Of a stretch of 64,000 nucleotides of DNA, positions 47,265 through 59,219 are shown piece after piece; positions within the stretch are counted from its first letter, which is position 1, and each line of letters begins with the position of its first letter. A program made the position numbers and the translations under genes. Below the pieces are notes generated by a model. It had not been told where the DNA came from and made no database searches. It saw nothing but the letters and a program-made list of their open reading frames with translations. The DNA comes from Selaginella moellendorffii (taxonomy: Eukaryota > Plantae > Lycopodiophyta), in NCBI RefSeq assembly GCF_000143415.4, contig NW_003314298.1:1596602-1660601 (forward strand). Direction: 5' to 3'.

Positions 47265-49519
47265 TCACGTGTGGAGATCAAGGATCAAACACCCGGGATT
47301 TACTTCCGACCATTTCAGTCCCTTTCGATTCATGTAAGCGATTATCTGGAACAAAAAAAAAAACCGAGTAGAACATCTTTGCGATCAACTGGAAACAAGC
47401 AAACAAAAACTCACAGCTGGCTTTAACTTTGGCTTCCCATTTGCTGCGTGATTGCCACTGCCAGTGATCACAGTGAGCGTGTGCACAGCTGTGGAGAAAG
47501 CAAGAACACACGACTATCAGCTCCAGATCAAACACGAGGATTGGAGGAAAAAGGACAAAAAGAAGATCTAGCTTACAAGTTATGGCTTGGAGAGCGTCCA
47601 AGTGGAGCTTAAACAAGCGAAGTGCTTCGTCTACGTGTTGCGCGTGTAAATCAATCGTTATGTTGTTGTTATAGCCATTGTTCCTGCATGGGTTTGGACC
47701 ATTTAGTCGAGAGAAACTCGGAAGACTAGAGAGTGGATTACTTGGTACGAAAAATTCGTTTGCTTTCTCTGTCTCTCGCCTGCAAAGCCAGCTGCCTGTA
47801 CTTCCGACCCTGCAAAAGTGTGTAATAGAGAAAACAGTAAACGGAAAACCAGAAAATGAAAACAAAGGAAAAACGCTTGAGATGTTTTCTCAAAAACTTG
47901 GTTACCTTCTCCGAGAGATGACTTGCTAGGCTCCGGTGACCGCTTGAATAAGCTGCTGTAGCCTGGAAAACAAAGGTGATCCTATGCCATTTGCACAAGC
48001 ATTGCATGAGACAGACCTTTAAGAAGCAATCCTTCATTATCGACCAGTATTCGACTGCGCTTGCGTGCTCAGGCTCCAAGTTGTCCCGTCCATCTTCGAT
48101 TAATCAGTGTGTCAGTCCTCTCACAAAACACAACGAGGCGTACCCTTTGAAATTTTGTCATCGATCTTCGACGGCCTTCTTGGTGCCTTGGGCTTGACTT
48201 TAACTTCTGTCCAATCGGATTCTTTCTCGATCCGTGGATCGGGAGGCTTGAAAACTTTTTTGAGGAACTCTTGAGCGACCTCTTTCATTGGCGTCAGGCC
48301 CGCCTCGGACAGATAGTTCATTGCCGCGCTGCATAATACATTTTGTTTTTTTCTTGCAACAGTTCTTCACATACAAGTACCTGAAATCATTCTCCGTTGT
48401 TTTTAAGACCTCTTCGAGTGTCCTCGGGTCAACACTCGGGAAAGAGGATTTTAGTTTTTCTAAAACCTCCTGCCGAAAAGAAAATGTAATGACAACATTA
48501 AGAACAAAAAATGCCAATACCGAGCATAAAACTTCAGTCGCAAGCACTTGGTAAGACGACTCCTTTCCTTTCGTGAGCTGGTTTACATCGAGCAACTTGT
48601 TTGTGGCCAATTCCAATTGACTTCCGTGCTCCTGGAGAAAAACATTAGGTCCGTGACCAACAACAAACTTCACAAAAAAAACCTTGTAAATTCTTTCAAC
48701 GTCCTCCGGATACTTGTCAGGAAAGGCTTCCCAGAGAGCAAGAACATCGTTTCGTTCTTCCACCTCCCGCTCGTTGGCGGTAGCCTCGCTCGACATAATC
48801 GCCAGTAGAGAATCCAGACTCTGCCAGTAACTGTAACACGTAAATGCAAGAATAAATCATGCAAACGCAGGCATACAAAAGCGAGAAGAACTAAACAATC
48901 ATATGAATTTTAGTCACGTACTCTCTGTGGATCGCCCTCACACTCGTCTGGAACAAGACAAGAAAGAATTAAAATAAAATCTAGCAGTAACAGAAAAATA
49001 ATCGTACTTACATATAACATCGCGAACAACGTCCATTCCAAGGTCGCCACTTAGCATAGAAAGAAGAAATTCTTCAAGCTCTTTGTTGTCGTTCTTTGGA
49101 ACTTCTTCTTCCTTTGGCGAGAGCTCTTCAAGCCCATTCATCATCTTCTTCTTCTGATGCCTTCTCTTGCGTTTCTTTCCAGTGTCGGAGCAAGCTCGGA
49201 CACTGGAAACGGTGCCCGAGCGGGCCACAGTAGTCCATTTCCTGGAACGAGACCTTCCTAGCAAATTTCTAGGAGAACCTTCGTGATCGTCGTCGCAAAC
49301 CTGGCCCGAGCTCAAAACCTCGTCGCATTTCCCGTGAGCTACTGGAGATGCCCCATTTCCTTCGCTGCTACCTGAGATTTGCTGCTCCAGCGCCCCCGCG
49401 GCGGCATTCACGCTTCCATCCGCGGCATTGTACGCCGCGACGATCGATTTGAGCGACAGCTGAGGGAACGCCTCTCGCAGAAGGCGCAGCTCCAAAAATT
49501 CGTCCTCGATCACCGCCAT
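47265..49519 (-). CDS. Smr-domain protein with CUE-like repeats and DUF1771
   Basis: LREAFP, LWEAFP and LKSSFP CUE-like motifs; ATAAYSSG; TIDLHAQHVDEAL; VITGSGNH; EVNPG. Confidence 0.85.
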
Positions 49520-49576
49520 GGCAAAAACCCTAACGCGGAATCTTTCAAGTGGCCGTCCATTTCTATACAGTATCTC

Positions 49577-51166
49577 TCAAAAAACGCCCTCCTCTTTCAT
49601 CTTTGCGTTGCCGGTCGGGCCCGAGGGAAAGTAGTCGAATCTTTCGAAGCTCCCTGGTGGGGACGAAGATGGCGACGCTATTCTCGAGCGAGCTTTGCCT
49701 TGGATCGTGGCTGGGCTCAAGGAGCCTTCGACTGGAAGCAAAAAACTTGTAAGAGTTTAAACTCTAAAGTCGTAGCGAAGCGAAAGAAGAAAGAGTTCTC
49801 GAGAGCTTACTTTGCCACTCCCAGACGATCCGTGACTCGCCCCTGACGAGCTTTGGATGCTGGTCAATCCGTGAATCCTCGAGGACCAGGCGCTCCACCT
49901 GCGAGCGAAGTTTGATAAGAGAGATGGTCTTTATTTTTTTCGTTTTGTCTACCTCGAGCCACAACGCACGGTTCCTTCTCTCGCTTGGCCGGAGGAGATG
50001 GTCACGGAGCCGAGAAGCTACAATCCAACGTTCGTTTCCCGGACTGCTGCCAAGCTGCGTTGCTTTTGCCTCCAATGCTTCGCAAACCTGGTAAGACTTG
50101 TAGATTGGAAACAACTACGGGGAAAAAGTTCAGTGACCTGTGCATAGAGCTCTTCCGCTCGGTTTAGTCTCGATTTGTATCGCCAATACTTGATGACAAA
50201 GGAAGCCGATACGTAAAGCTAGAAACGAGAACGGATGTCTTGAGGAGGTCTTATAAAAAAGCGTAGACAATACCACTGGAATCGTCATTAGCAGCTTCAA
50301 AAAGTTCTTAAACAACCATTCTCGAAGTCTGCATCCAAATGGCTTGTAGGCATCCACAAGATCAGCTGGACAGCAGAAAACACGCACGCTGCAAAATTAC
50401 AAGGATTTGAGAATTAAACTCTCTTGACAATGATCACGCACTTACTGACCCGCGAATCTTCGTCTCCAGCCAATGCGAGGCAATTCCAATGGCTTTTTCC
50501 TGAACCAGCCACAGCGTCGGACCTTGCAGCTTCGATGTTACCGGTTTCATAGCATCTAGAATTTCATCTTCCGAGAGCTGCAAGAGAAAAGAGATGAAAG
50601 AAAAAGCCATGGAAGAACGAATGCGAGGAGCAAACAAGCTAAAAATCACGAAGAACATACCCATACAGTTGTTCCTCCATCACAGACTGATTGTCCATTG
50701 ATGGTACAAATATGATCCTTCATCAGCCCAGCCTGGCTCGAAAGAAAAAGAGGAAACTTTACTTGCAAAGGAAAAGAGCAAGAGAACTTACGAGCGTTTC
50801 AGCGCTCTTCTCGATCAAGCTATCCTCCACGCAATGCTTCCCACGCCGCCTAAATCCCGTGAGACATTCCAGCTGCCCGTACTTGCAAATCCCATGCTCG
50901 GGACACGGGATGCAATTCTCTGCGCAAATCCGATCATTGAGGATCACATTACTCTCAGCCTTACCGAAAGACCTGCTGTTGGTGTCGCAGAAGGGGAGAT
51001 ACAAGCCGCCGATCCAGCTGGAAATCTTGAGCGTGGAGACGGCGACAATGGCGGCCACTACCAGAATCGCGATTAGCTGCCATGCCTGCTCCGCCGATGG
51101 CAGCGATCGCTCGTCCAAAGGCTGTGGAACCCTAGCTCTCCTCTTGGCGGGAGATTTCGACGCCAT
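49577..51166 (-). CDS. MAN1/Src1-type inner nuclear membrane protein
   Basis: TM segment then CIPCPEHGICKYGQLECLTGF; second TM; WIVASRLRDHLL; EDSRIDQHPKLVRGESRIVWEWQ. Confidence 0.8.
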
Positions 51167-51318
51167 GAAAGAAAAGCCCTAAACTTCATCAAAAGAACTT
51201 TGAGTCCGCATTAAAAATAAAGGCTAGACCGCATTCGGCTTTATAAATATTAGGGCTTAGGGTTTTGTTGGCCAATTTTAGGGTAACTACGTTGATTTGG
51301 TTTCCGGCACTAGTGGCG

Positions 51319-52229
51319 ATGGGCAGAGACCGTGGCAAAAATTGCGCCCAAAGAAAGGAGATTGAGCATGCACTTACTGAGACGAAGTTGCAAAAACAAC
51401 GACGAGATGAGGAATTATCGAAAATCGCTCATATCATTCTTGTTGTTCTAAGGTAATGACGACGCAAATTTGTTCAGAGGGCCTCTTTTCATAATGTTCC
51501 TTCTTGTAGAGACTATGAGCGTCCTAGACAGTTTGAGTATTCGAAACAAGCTTATGCCTTGAAAGCAATATGGAATTATCTTTCCGATGATTGTGAGATC
51601 AGCCAGGAAATACAGGACGGTTTGTTCCTCCTATTCCAGAAGCTGCGTTTCCCCGAAGGCCAACAGAAGATCGACATGGAATTGGATAAGAAATCTCTGA
51701 AAGTAGCAACATCTGAGGCTTCAGCAAAGGTGATGCCATTTTCTTGGGACCAAAGCTCACATTATTATGCAGGTCTTCTGTAACATCCTTATGGATGGGT
51801 GGAGCTTATTCAGGCAAAAATTCGAGCACAAGCCTCTAGTGGTCTACCAAGCTGGAAAAAAGGTCCTGAACACATGGACTAATCTGGAATTCACCAAGGG
51901 AATCCAGGCTATGAAACAGGATCTTCTGTGGAAGGTGTATTTGAGTATATGGTATCTACGTGTCATGTATGATTTAATCATTTATTTACTTGCAGAGAAT
52001 TGTAGAACACGTAGAAAGCTCACGAGCAGCTGCTTCAAACAATGATCCAGGGGCTAATCTGTGTCTTCCTTTTGATGATCAGAGTCTTAGATGTTGTATT
52101 TCGGGGAGAAGAAAGCTTAACATCTTAATGACAGTCACTGGGCTGTTCTATGACAGGTAGAAAGCTGATAGCTTTTGTAATTTCAACTTCCTAACACAAG
52201 CAATGTCTCGCAGTATAGGTTGGAGGTAA
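51319..52229 (+). CDS. Uncharacterised spliced protein (5 exons)
   Basis: Four canonical GT-AG introns join one open frame MGRDRGKN...LR|DYERP...SAK|VFCN...LWK|RIVE...YDS|IGWR*; no family recognised. Confidence 0.55.
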
Positions 52230-52354
52230 ACCATCAGCAGCAAATTATCTTTGCATTTGAACCTTATGATAATCAAGCTCACAAACAATATTTACTTAGT
52301 GTTTCAATTTATAGATTATAAACAGCTAATGATCTTAAACATGCAAACATTTAA

Positions 52355-53953
52355 TCAAGAACATTCCTCCTCACAGATTCTTTCACGCTCGATCATATTG
52401 CTTGATGGCTTTAGAATTACGTGACGCATGAGCGGACGATTAGTGAGTGATAAGTAGGGTAGGTCCTGTAAGTCAACAGGTAATTTATCGACTACAAGGC
52501 GCACACAAGCCTCACCTTGTCCGAGATGCTCATGGAAGCCATTTTATGACTTGCAAGCATTTCTTTCACCAAACATACGAGCCGTTCTTTTACTGCACCT
52601 GTATACATTTTCCCACCGCCATAATCCTGCAACCAAATTGGTTACTTGTGTGTGGCATCAAACATGGAAGCTCTTACCCCTTTGATATTTGCCCACTCGC
52701 TATCGCTCTCCAGGAAGTAACTCAGATACTTGTAAGAAACATCAACCTGGAACAGAAAAGCTTGCAGCCGAGTCCAAAAGTTCAATCACAATCACCTCCA
52801 AATTGGCCCCATGTTTCTCATGCTCCTCTTTCGTGCTCCCTCCGCCACTAAAGGCATGCTTGCGTATCTATGAGGAAGACGGACAACTATCAACCTTGAC
52901 AGGAGCAAGAGAAATACCTTCATTTCAATCATAGGTGGATCGTCCGACAGAAACAACAATTGGCAGTTGCTGTTGAAAGTCTGCGCATTGCCTAGTTCGC
53001 CCTGCCACATTACTTATATGAGAACAGATTGCCAAACTTTTTGTTTCACCTGTAGCATCGGGAGAGGTTTGAGTTGGACAACCGCTGGCTCTGGTAAATT
53101 AGCACGTTCAAAAGCAGCTTTGGGAAATCTATCCTGCAGAATTCAGGTTTTAAATCAAGGCACTCGAACGTCCGTCCGTAGCTTACTACCTGGCCAATTC
53201 TGAGACACTTCGTAAATGTCTCGCCGAGCAGAGTCTGGGGAAGGCGACAGAAAACGGCCTGCCGGAAATTTTCGTCAAGAGCCAAAAAGAATCACGAAAG
53301 AGAGAACCTCAACAAGTTCCTGCTGAAGAGCTGCCAGGTCCGTCTTCGCTCCACGTACAGCCTGAATATTTTTTCCATACAAAGCTTAGAAGTCCCCTTT
53401 CAAAGCCAGTATACCTCATTTATCAGCATGTACTTTGAAACATCGACAACACTCCTGTAGATTCTGAGAGGGTAAAGATATGAGAGGGTAAAGTTCAGCT
53501 GACAAAAGCACTGTTTTTACCTGCTTGAAATGGAGCGAGGAGTGAGAATTAAAGTGCGCGACTTGTCCAAGCCGCAGGCCAAAACACTCCTGGCCTGTGC
53601 ATCAAAACACGCCTTTCTCTTGGCTGGAGTGATACCAAGCTTTGAATCCGTGCAGGAAAGGATAATGACAACAGGTGCCGCAGTAGCGGTTTGCACATCC
53701 CTAGGCAAGGAAAACATAAACAGTTTGCAAGAAATCCTGGGATGTGCTTACTTTACAAACTGAAGAGAAGCCAAATGACGCAGATCTAATTGTTCCGACA
53801 CATCAAAGGTCCCCGCAAACAGATAAAATCTCTCCTTTCCTTCCAAGAGCTCCGCCAACACACTGCAACACAAGGATGAGCGCCGGAACACAGCCGGCTG
53901 CATACAAACCTGCTGTTTTCCAGGAGACCACGAGTGAGATACCGTGCCGCCAT
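52355..53953 (-). CDS. Tryptophanyl-tRNA synthetase-like protein with degenerate catalytic motifs
   Basis: Spliced frame gives ERFYLFAG, SVLACGLD, KHAFSGG, HGANLE|VDVSYKYLSYFLE, YGGGKMYTGAVKERL, RPL, colinear with eukaryotic cytosolic TrpRS. Confidence 0.85.
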
Positions 53954-54127
53954 GCCTCAAAAACCCTACTAAAGCCCTTAAATAAATGTTTGAATGCCCA
54001 GTTTCCTTTAAGGGCTTTAAGGGATTCTTGATGGGGAATTATTCCATGGAATGGCATGTAAAGTGGCAAAACTCATTGAGACTTTTTTTATTTTGGTTCA
54101 CTGAAAATCGTGGACGCCACGACCTCC

Positions 54128-55883
54128 ATGAATGCAGCTTCAAGGATACTTGGAGCTATTGCGCCTCTAGCAGCGGCGCCATTCAGCTCCTCGCGGCAAC
54201 AAGGTACTACACATTTCCGAAGATCCCACACCATGGAGCTGCATGAGGAGCGCGAGCTCCATCGCAATCTCCTCCGCATGCCACACAGGCCTGCATTCAC
54301 AGCATCGCACTGCTTCTTGGAGCCGATCTGTGCCACTCTTCCCTCAAATCCAGATCCCTCGCTCGCAAGCCAGGACTTGGCGCCAGTGTGCAAAGAGGGA
54401 AGGCTCTTATCTTCATGGGATATGACATTCTTGTGGCTGGGCTTGGTCGTGGGAGTTCCAAATTACTATCTCGCTGGAAGCTTGGTGGAGCTCGGGATGG
54501 CTTGGTGGCAAGGAATTGGCACAGTCTTGCTTGCGAATGTGATCACGTACTGCATTCTCGTCTTAGCTGCGCATCCAGGGACCAAGTATGGGATTTCCTT
54601 CCCGGTTTTGTTGCGAGCTTCTTTCGGAGTGTTTGGAGCCAACGTCCCGGCTTTGCTGCGAGGCTTTGTGGCTTGCGGGTGGTACGGGATTGAGACTTGG
54701 ATAGGTGGTGAGGCGATTTTCAGGATTGTGGACGTGATGTTGGGGAAGAACAGGTTCTCCAACTTGGCCGAGAGCTTGCCTTTGCTTGGGACTTCTGTTC
54801 CCGAGCTTGGGTGTTTTCTCCTCTTTTGGCTGCTGCAGCTGTGGATCGTGTGGAATGGGATCGAGAGCATTAAGAAGCTGGAGAAGTATAGCGCTCCGGT
54901 GCTTATCGTGCTCACGGTGGCCTTGCTTGTTTGGGCCGTCGTCGCTGCTGGGGGATTTGGAGCAATGCTTGCTGCTTCTTCGGCATTTGGACGTGGTGGT
55001 CGCAAGGAAGGCAAGTTCTGGCAAGTTTTCTTGCCTTCGCTTACAGCAAACATTGGAACGTGGTCGACTTTGAGCTTGAATATCCCAGGTATGGTTCCAC
55101 CTTTCTTTTCTTTCTCCTCGCATGGTTGCATCTCATTTCTTTTTTCTTCTTGCAGATTTTAGCCGGTACACTTATTCGCAGGCTGATCAAATCCTTGGCC
55201 AGGCAAGCCTGCCTCTTTTCATGGCCGCCTTCTCTTTCGTCGGCCTGGCAGTGACATCGGCTTCGGAAGTCATATTCGGACACGCCATATCCAACCCCAT
55301 CGAGCTCCTTTCACGGATACGAGGTGGCTTTCTCGTTGCTGTGGTTTCACTCATTGGACTCAGCCTGGCCACTCTCACCACCAACATCGCAGCCAACGTC
55401 GTGGCACCGGCAAACGCACTCGTCAACCTCGATCCAAAGCGCTTCACCTACAGAAGCAGCGGACTCGTTGTGGCAGTCATAAGCGTGTGCTTCCTTCCGT
55501 GGAAGCTCCTCCAGACCAGCGAAAGTTTCATATACGCTTGGCTAGTCGGCTACTCGGCACTTCTCGGCCCAATCGGAGGTATACTTCTTGCTGATTACTA
55601 CATTCTCAGGCAACGAAAGTTGGATATTGACTCCCTCTATTCCTCGAGCAACACAGGAAAGTACTGGTACTCCAAAGGTGTGAATCCCGCGGCAATGGTT
55701 GCTCTTACGGCTGGAATTCTACCCTGCATTCCAGGCTTCCTGAGCACCGTCGGCCTACTGAAGCTCAAGATTCCAAGGGTTTTGCTAGCTCTGTATGATG
55801 GTGCATGGTTTGTGGGGTTCTTCGTGGCTGGACTCGTATACTTGACGCTTTCGTGCTTTCCCCGAGTGGAGAGAGGCGTGTAA
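54128..55883 (+). CDS. NCS1: Nucleobase:cation symporter 1 (purine-uracil permease, PLUTO-like); intron 55089-55155
   Basis: [48 protein letters not shown]|[18 protein letters not shown]; transit-like N-terminus. Confidence 0.93.
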
Positions 55884-56225
55884 GCATATCAACCTCTGTA
55901 TAGTTGTCAAAACGAGGGAGCTGCGGAGTAACTTCACAGTGTTGCTTAATGACGCAACTCTATGCTCTCGAGAGCTAGATTTAAAACTTAGGCTTTGTAC
56001 AATGCAGAATTGTAAAATGGTTTTTTGCAAGAGAAGTGCCTCGCTCTATAGGACATCTTACCTCAAAGCACTTAGCCCCACTTTTCGCTTTGGAGCCCAT
56101 ATGTCAACAAGCTATATGTAACTTTGGATGGGATTGGATTGAATTTGATTGCCAGAAGGGGCAAACACCACACAAGGTTTCTGTTTTTCGAGTCGCTCCT
56201 GAGCTCTTGAGCCAAGTGCTCGGCC

Positions 56226-56575
56226 ATGGCTGATAAGAGTTATCCTTACGGCTATCCTCCTCAAGGTTTGCTTTGCAGCGAGAATCTTTGGGTGACATTT
56301 CGTTGGAAGGTTGTAACTCGTTTGTTATGTTCAGGTTACTATCCACAGCCACCTCCAGTGGCTCCTCCTCCGCAGTATTATGGCCCTTCTCATAGAGACC
56401 AAGGCTTTCTAGAAGGCTGGTAAAAGAAAATCATGTTTTTTGCTTGTTGGTCTTCTAGTAACTTTTACAGAGACTAAATTTGCTGGGACAAATTTGCAGC
56501 TTGGCTGCCCTTTGCTGCTGCTGGTTACTGGATGTTTGCTGCTGCTGCGGCCCACACATGCTCATTGGATGCTGA
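56226..56575 (+). CDS. CYSTM-family cysteine-rich tail-anchored peptide (3 exons)
   Basis: MADKSYPYGYPPQ|GYYPQPPPVAPPPQYY...GFLEG|CLAALCCCWLLDVCCCC. Confidence 0.88.
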
Positions 56576-56987
56576 TGATTCCCAATAGTATATTTGAAGC
56601 TCCACATCTGGAGTTTATATGGAGTTTTAGTAATTTCTTGGCTATGGTAGCGTTGGATCTTGCTGCGCTGCAAAATCATATACATATGCACCAATTATTT
56701 CTTATTTTTCGGTAAATTACGCAGATTTTCTGTGCAGACTTTGGAACCTATATATGATTGTGCTACTGCTCGAATGTGCTTGGCCCTCTGGAGAGGAAAG
56801 CTAAGGTTTTTGCTCCACTCACAACAAAACGGTCACAATGGCTGGTCAACGTTTGGTGAACGTTGCGGAATATTCGATCGATGATCATGTAAAGGTAAAA
56901 GGTAAAAAACCGTTGACCCGGTACAAACTTGCGAGAGAAGCTTCAAGCTTGCCCTAAAAGGGTAAAAGGCAGGAAAAATTTTAGAAA

Positions 56988-59111
56988 ATGCCGGGCAATG
57001 GGCTCCGTGATGCCGCGGCGGGAGGAATTCTCGCTTGCCAGGGAGTGCAATGCAACTGCAGCCAGAGCGATGGCCTCGAGATCCTCTTCCGCGAGATCCT
57101 CAGCCTCCACAGCTACTGGAGCAGCTTCTTCGGCGCCGAGCTCGACGCTCCGCGGGTAAGGGTTTTTCTCCCCCAGCTGGTTGGAGCCGTGGAATCGGCA
57201 GCGCGGCTGGTCCGGAGCTACTCCAGCGGGCCATGGCTGCTCTCGTCGCTGCGCAAGCTTGAGAATCGAGATGGGTTCTTGCGCGCCGCGGAGATTGTGT
57301 GGAGGTATGTGGAAATCGTGCAGCGGCAGCTCGGAAGCCTGGATTTGACGATTGAGAAGAGGCGGATTTTGGCGAGGCTGGAAGAGAAAGTTGGGATTGA
57401 AAAGAAGGTATTGAGATGCTTGCTGGAAGAGGCGGCTGGCACCGATAGAATGGAACTCAAGTTCAAGGTGGAGGCCGAGAGAAGCTCGCGCATGCACAAC
57501 TTAAAGCTGTTTGTTCAAGGGGGTAGGAAGATCATGCTCGACGCTCTCTCGCAGAAGCTGGATTCCACCGAGAGAATCTATTTCATCGATCCAAGGTCGC
57601 TGCTCTTGAGTGGAATCGTGTTGGGTGACGCGAATTCTCTCGTGCAAAAAGGAAACTGGCTGGGACAGGCAGTGGCAGTGAAGAAGTGTGGCGATGGTTT
57701 TCGCTACTGCAGAGAGGCCGGGGTCTTCCAGCACTTCCAGCCGTCCCACCCGAACGTGATACAAGTCTTGGGAGAGTCCGAGGTTCCGGAAACAAAGGAG
57801 AAACTCCTCGTCATGGAGGAGAAGGACAGCGATCTAAAGAGATACTTTCACTCTTCCGGCCCGATCACGCAACTTCAAGCGGTGGACTTTCTGATCCAGA
57901 TCGCTGGTGCGATGGTTTACCTGCACGGCAAAGACGTTTGCTACCGAGACCTCAAGCTCGAGAACATCATGATCGACGTCAAGTATCTGGAGCTCACTTT
58001 GGCGGACTTTGGCCACTCAAAACCACGCTTTGATCCTCTGGGAGACAACACTTGTCCCGTTGGAACTGTCAGCTACATGGCCCCGGAAGTTCTCGCTGGG
58101 ATAACCTCCGGCCAGGATCCCGGCTATGGCTTCAGCGTGGACGTCTTCAGCTTTGGGATCGCTTGCTCCGAGATTGTGTCTGGACAGCCTCTGGAGCTGA
58201 CGGTCCCTCTAACAAGGGAGGAACGAATCGAGCGATTGCGGCGTGGAGAGAGACCTTCGCTTCCAGAGTCTTGCCACCAGAAGCTCAAGCAGCTCATCAC
58301 GCAGTGCTGGGATTTTTCGCCGAAGAACCGACCGACTTTCGAGGTGATCTACGAGAAACTCTGGGAGATCAAAGAAGAGCTCTTGGCCGGAAGCCCCGCT
58401 AGCACGGACCCGGGAGAAGCTTCGCCGGCGTCTGAGATCCAAGCCGCTGGGATCCAAAACTTGGCAATCACTGGAGCAAACACGGTGGGAAGCAAATCGA
58501 CAGCAACTTGGCAGTACGTGAACGAGACGAGCTTCTGCGTGGTTGGGTGGCAAAGATACAGGGATCTAGAGTCCGAGGAGCCCCAGCTATCCTGGAAACT
58601 CTCGCTCACGTCAGGGACTTCGAGCGATTACACCATCACTCCCGACGATCTCGACCGGCACATTGGCGTGATTTGCTTGCCGCTGGCTCTGGTCGATGGG
58701 AAGATCGTGCCAAGGCAACAGGCTCGCTTCACTCACGGAGCTCTCGTCTCGCAAGATCTGGCGATGGCGAGGGAGATGGAGAGGCACTTGAGGAAGGAAC
58801 ACGTTGCTTTCGACATCACCGTCGACCGCCGGAAGATCAAGCTCAACCTCTGCCACACCGACTACCATCTCGTGTGGCATATGGGAAGCACCAAGAACTT
58901 CCGCGGCCAGTTTGTTCGTGGAGACGTGAGCGTCGAGGTGGTGGGCGATTGCTCCATGGTGATCTCCAAGGCCAGCCAGAGCCAGAGAAGCACGATCGAC
59001 TTCAAGGATTCTTACAGGAGGAACTTAGCAGTGCTTCTGATTCGCCATTTTTTGGAATCCAGTCCTTCCCAAAATGGATTGGACCACATTCCAACCCGGA
59101 AGACTTGGTAG
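56988..59111 (+). CDS. Intronless protein kinase with helical N-terminal domain and putative C-terminal Ig-like and PH-like domains
   Basis: VAVKK, HPNVI, YRDLKLEN, DFG, GTVSYMAPE, DVFSFG, CWDFSPKNRPTF; flanking domains inferred from motifs. Confidence 0.88.
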   Translation: MPGNGLRDAAAGGILACQGVQCNCSQSDGLEILFREILSLHSYWSSFFGAELDAPRVRVFLPQLVGAVESAARLVRSYSSGPWLLSSLRKLENRDGFLRAAEIVWRYVEIVQRQLGSLDLTIEKRRILARLEEKVGIEKKVLRCLLEEAAGTDRMELKFKVEAERSSRMHNLKLFVQGGRKIMLDALSQKLDSTERIYFIDPRSLLLSGIVLGDANSLVQKGNWLGQAVAVKKCGDGFRYCREAGVFQHFQPSHPNVIQVLGESEVPETKEKLLVMEEKDSDLKRYFHSSGPITQLQAVDFLIQIAGAMVYLHGKDVCYRDLKLENIMIDVKYLELTLADFGHSKPRFDPLGDNTCPVGTVSYMAPEVLAGITSGQDPGYGFSVDVFSFGIACSEIVSGQPLELTVPLTREERIERLRRGERPSLPESCHQKLKQLITQCWDFSPKNRPTFEVIYEKLWEIKEELLAGSPASTDPGEASPASEIQAAGIQNLAITGANTVGSKSTATWQYVNETSFCVVGWQRYRDLESEEPQLSWKLSLTSGTSSDYTITPDDLDRHIGVICLPLALVDGKIVPRQQARFTHGALVSQDLAMAREMERHLRKEHVAFDITVDRRKIKLNLCHTDYHLVWHMGSTKNFRGQFVRGDVSVEVVGDCSMVISKASQSQRSTIDFKDSYRRNLAVLLIRHFLESSPSQNGLDHIPTRKTW

Positions 59112-59219
59112 GATAGAAACTATATCGATGTAAATGATCTTTATATTGGATGTAAAATTCATGCGATGACAATGACAATAGAAAGAACAAAATGACAATA
59201 GAAAGATTTTGACCAAAGC

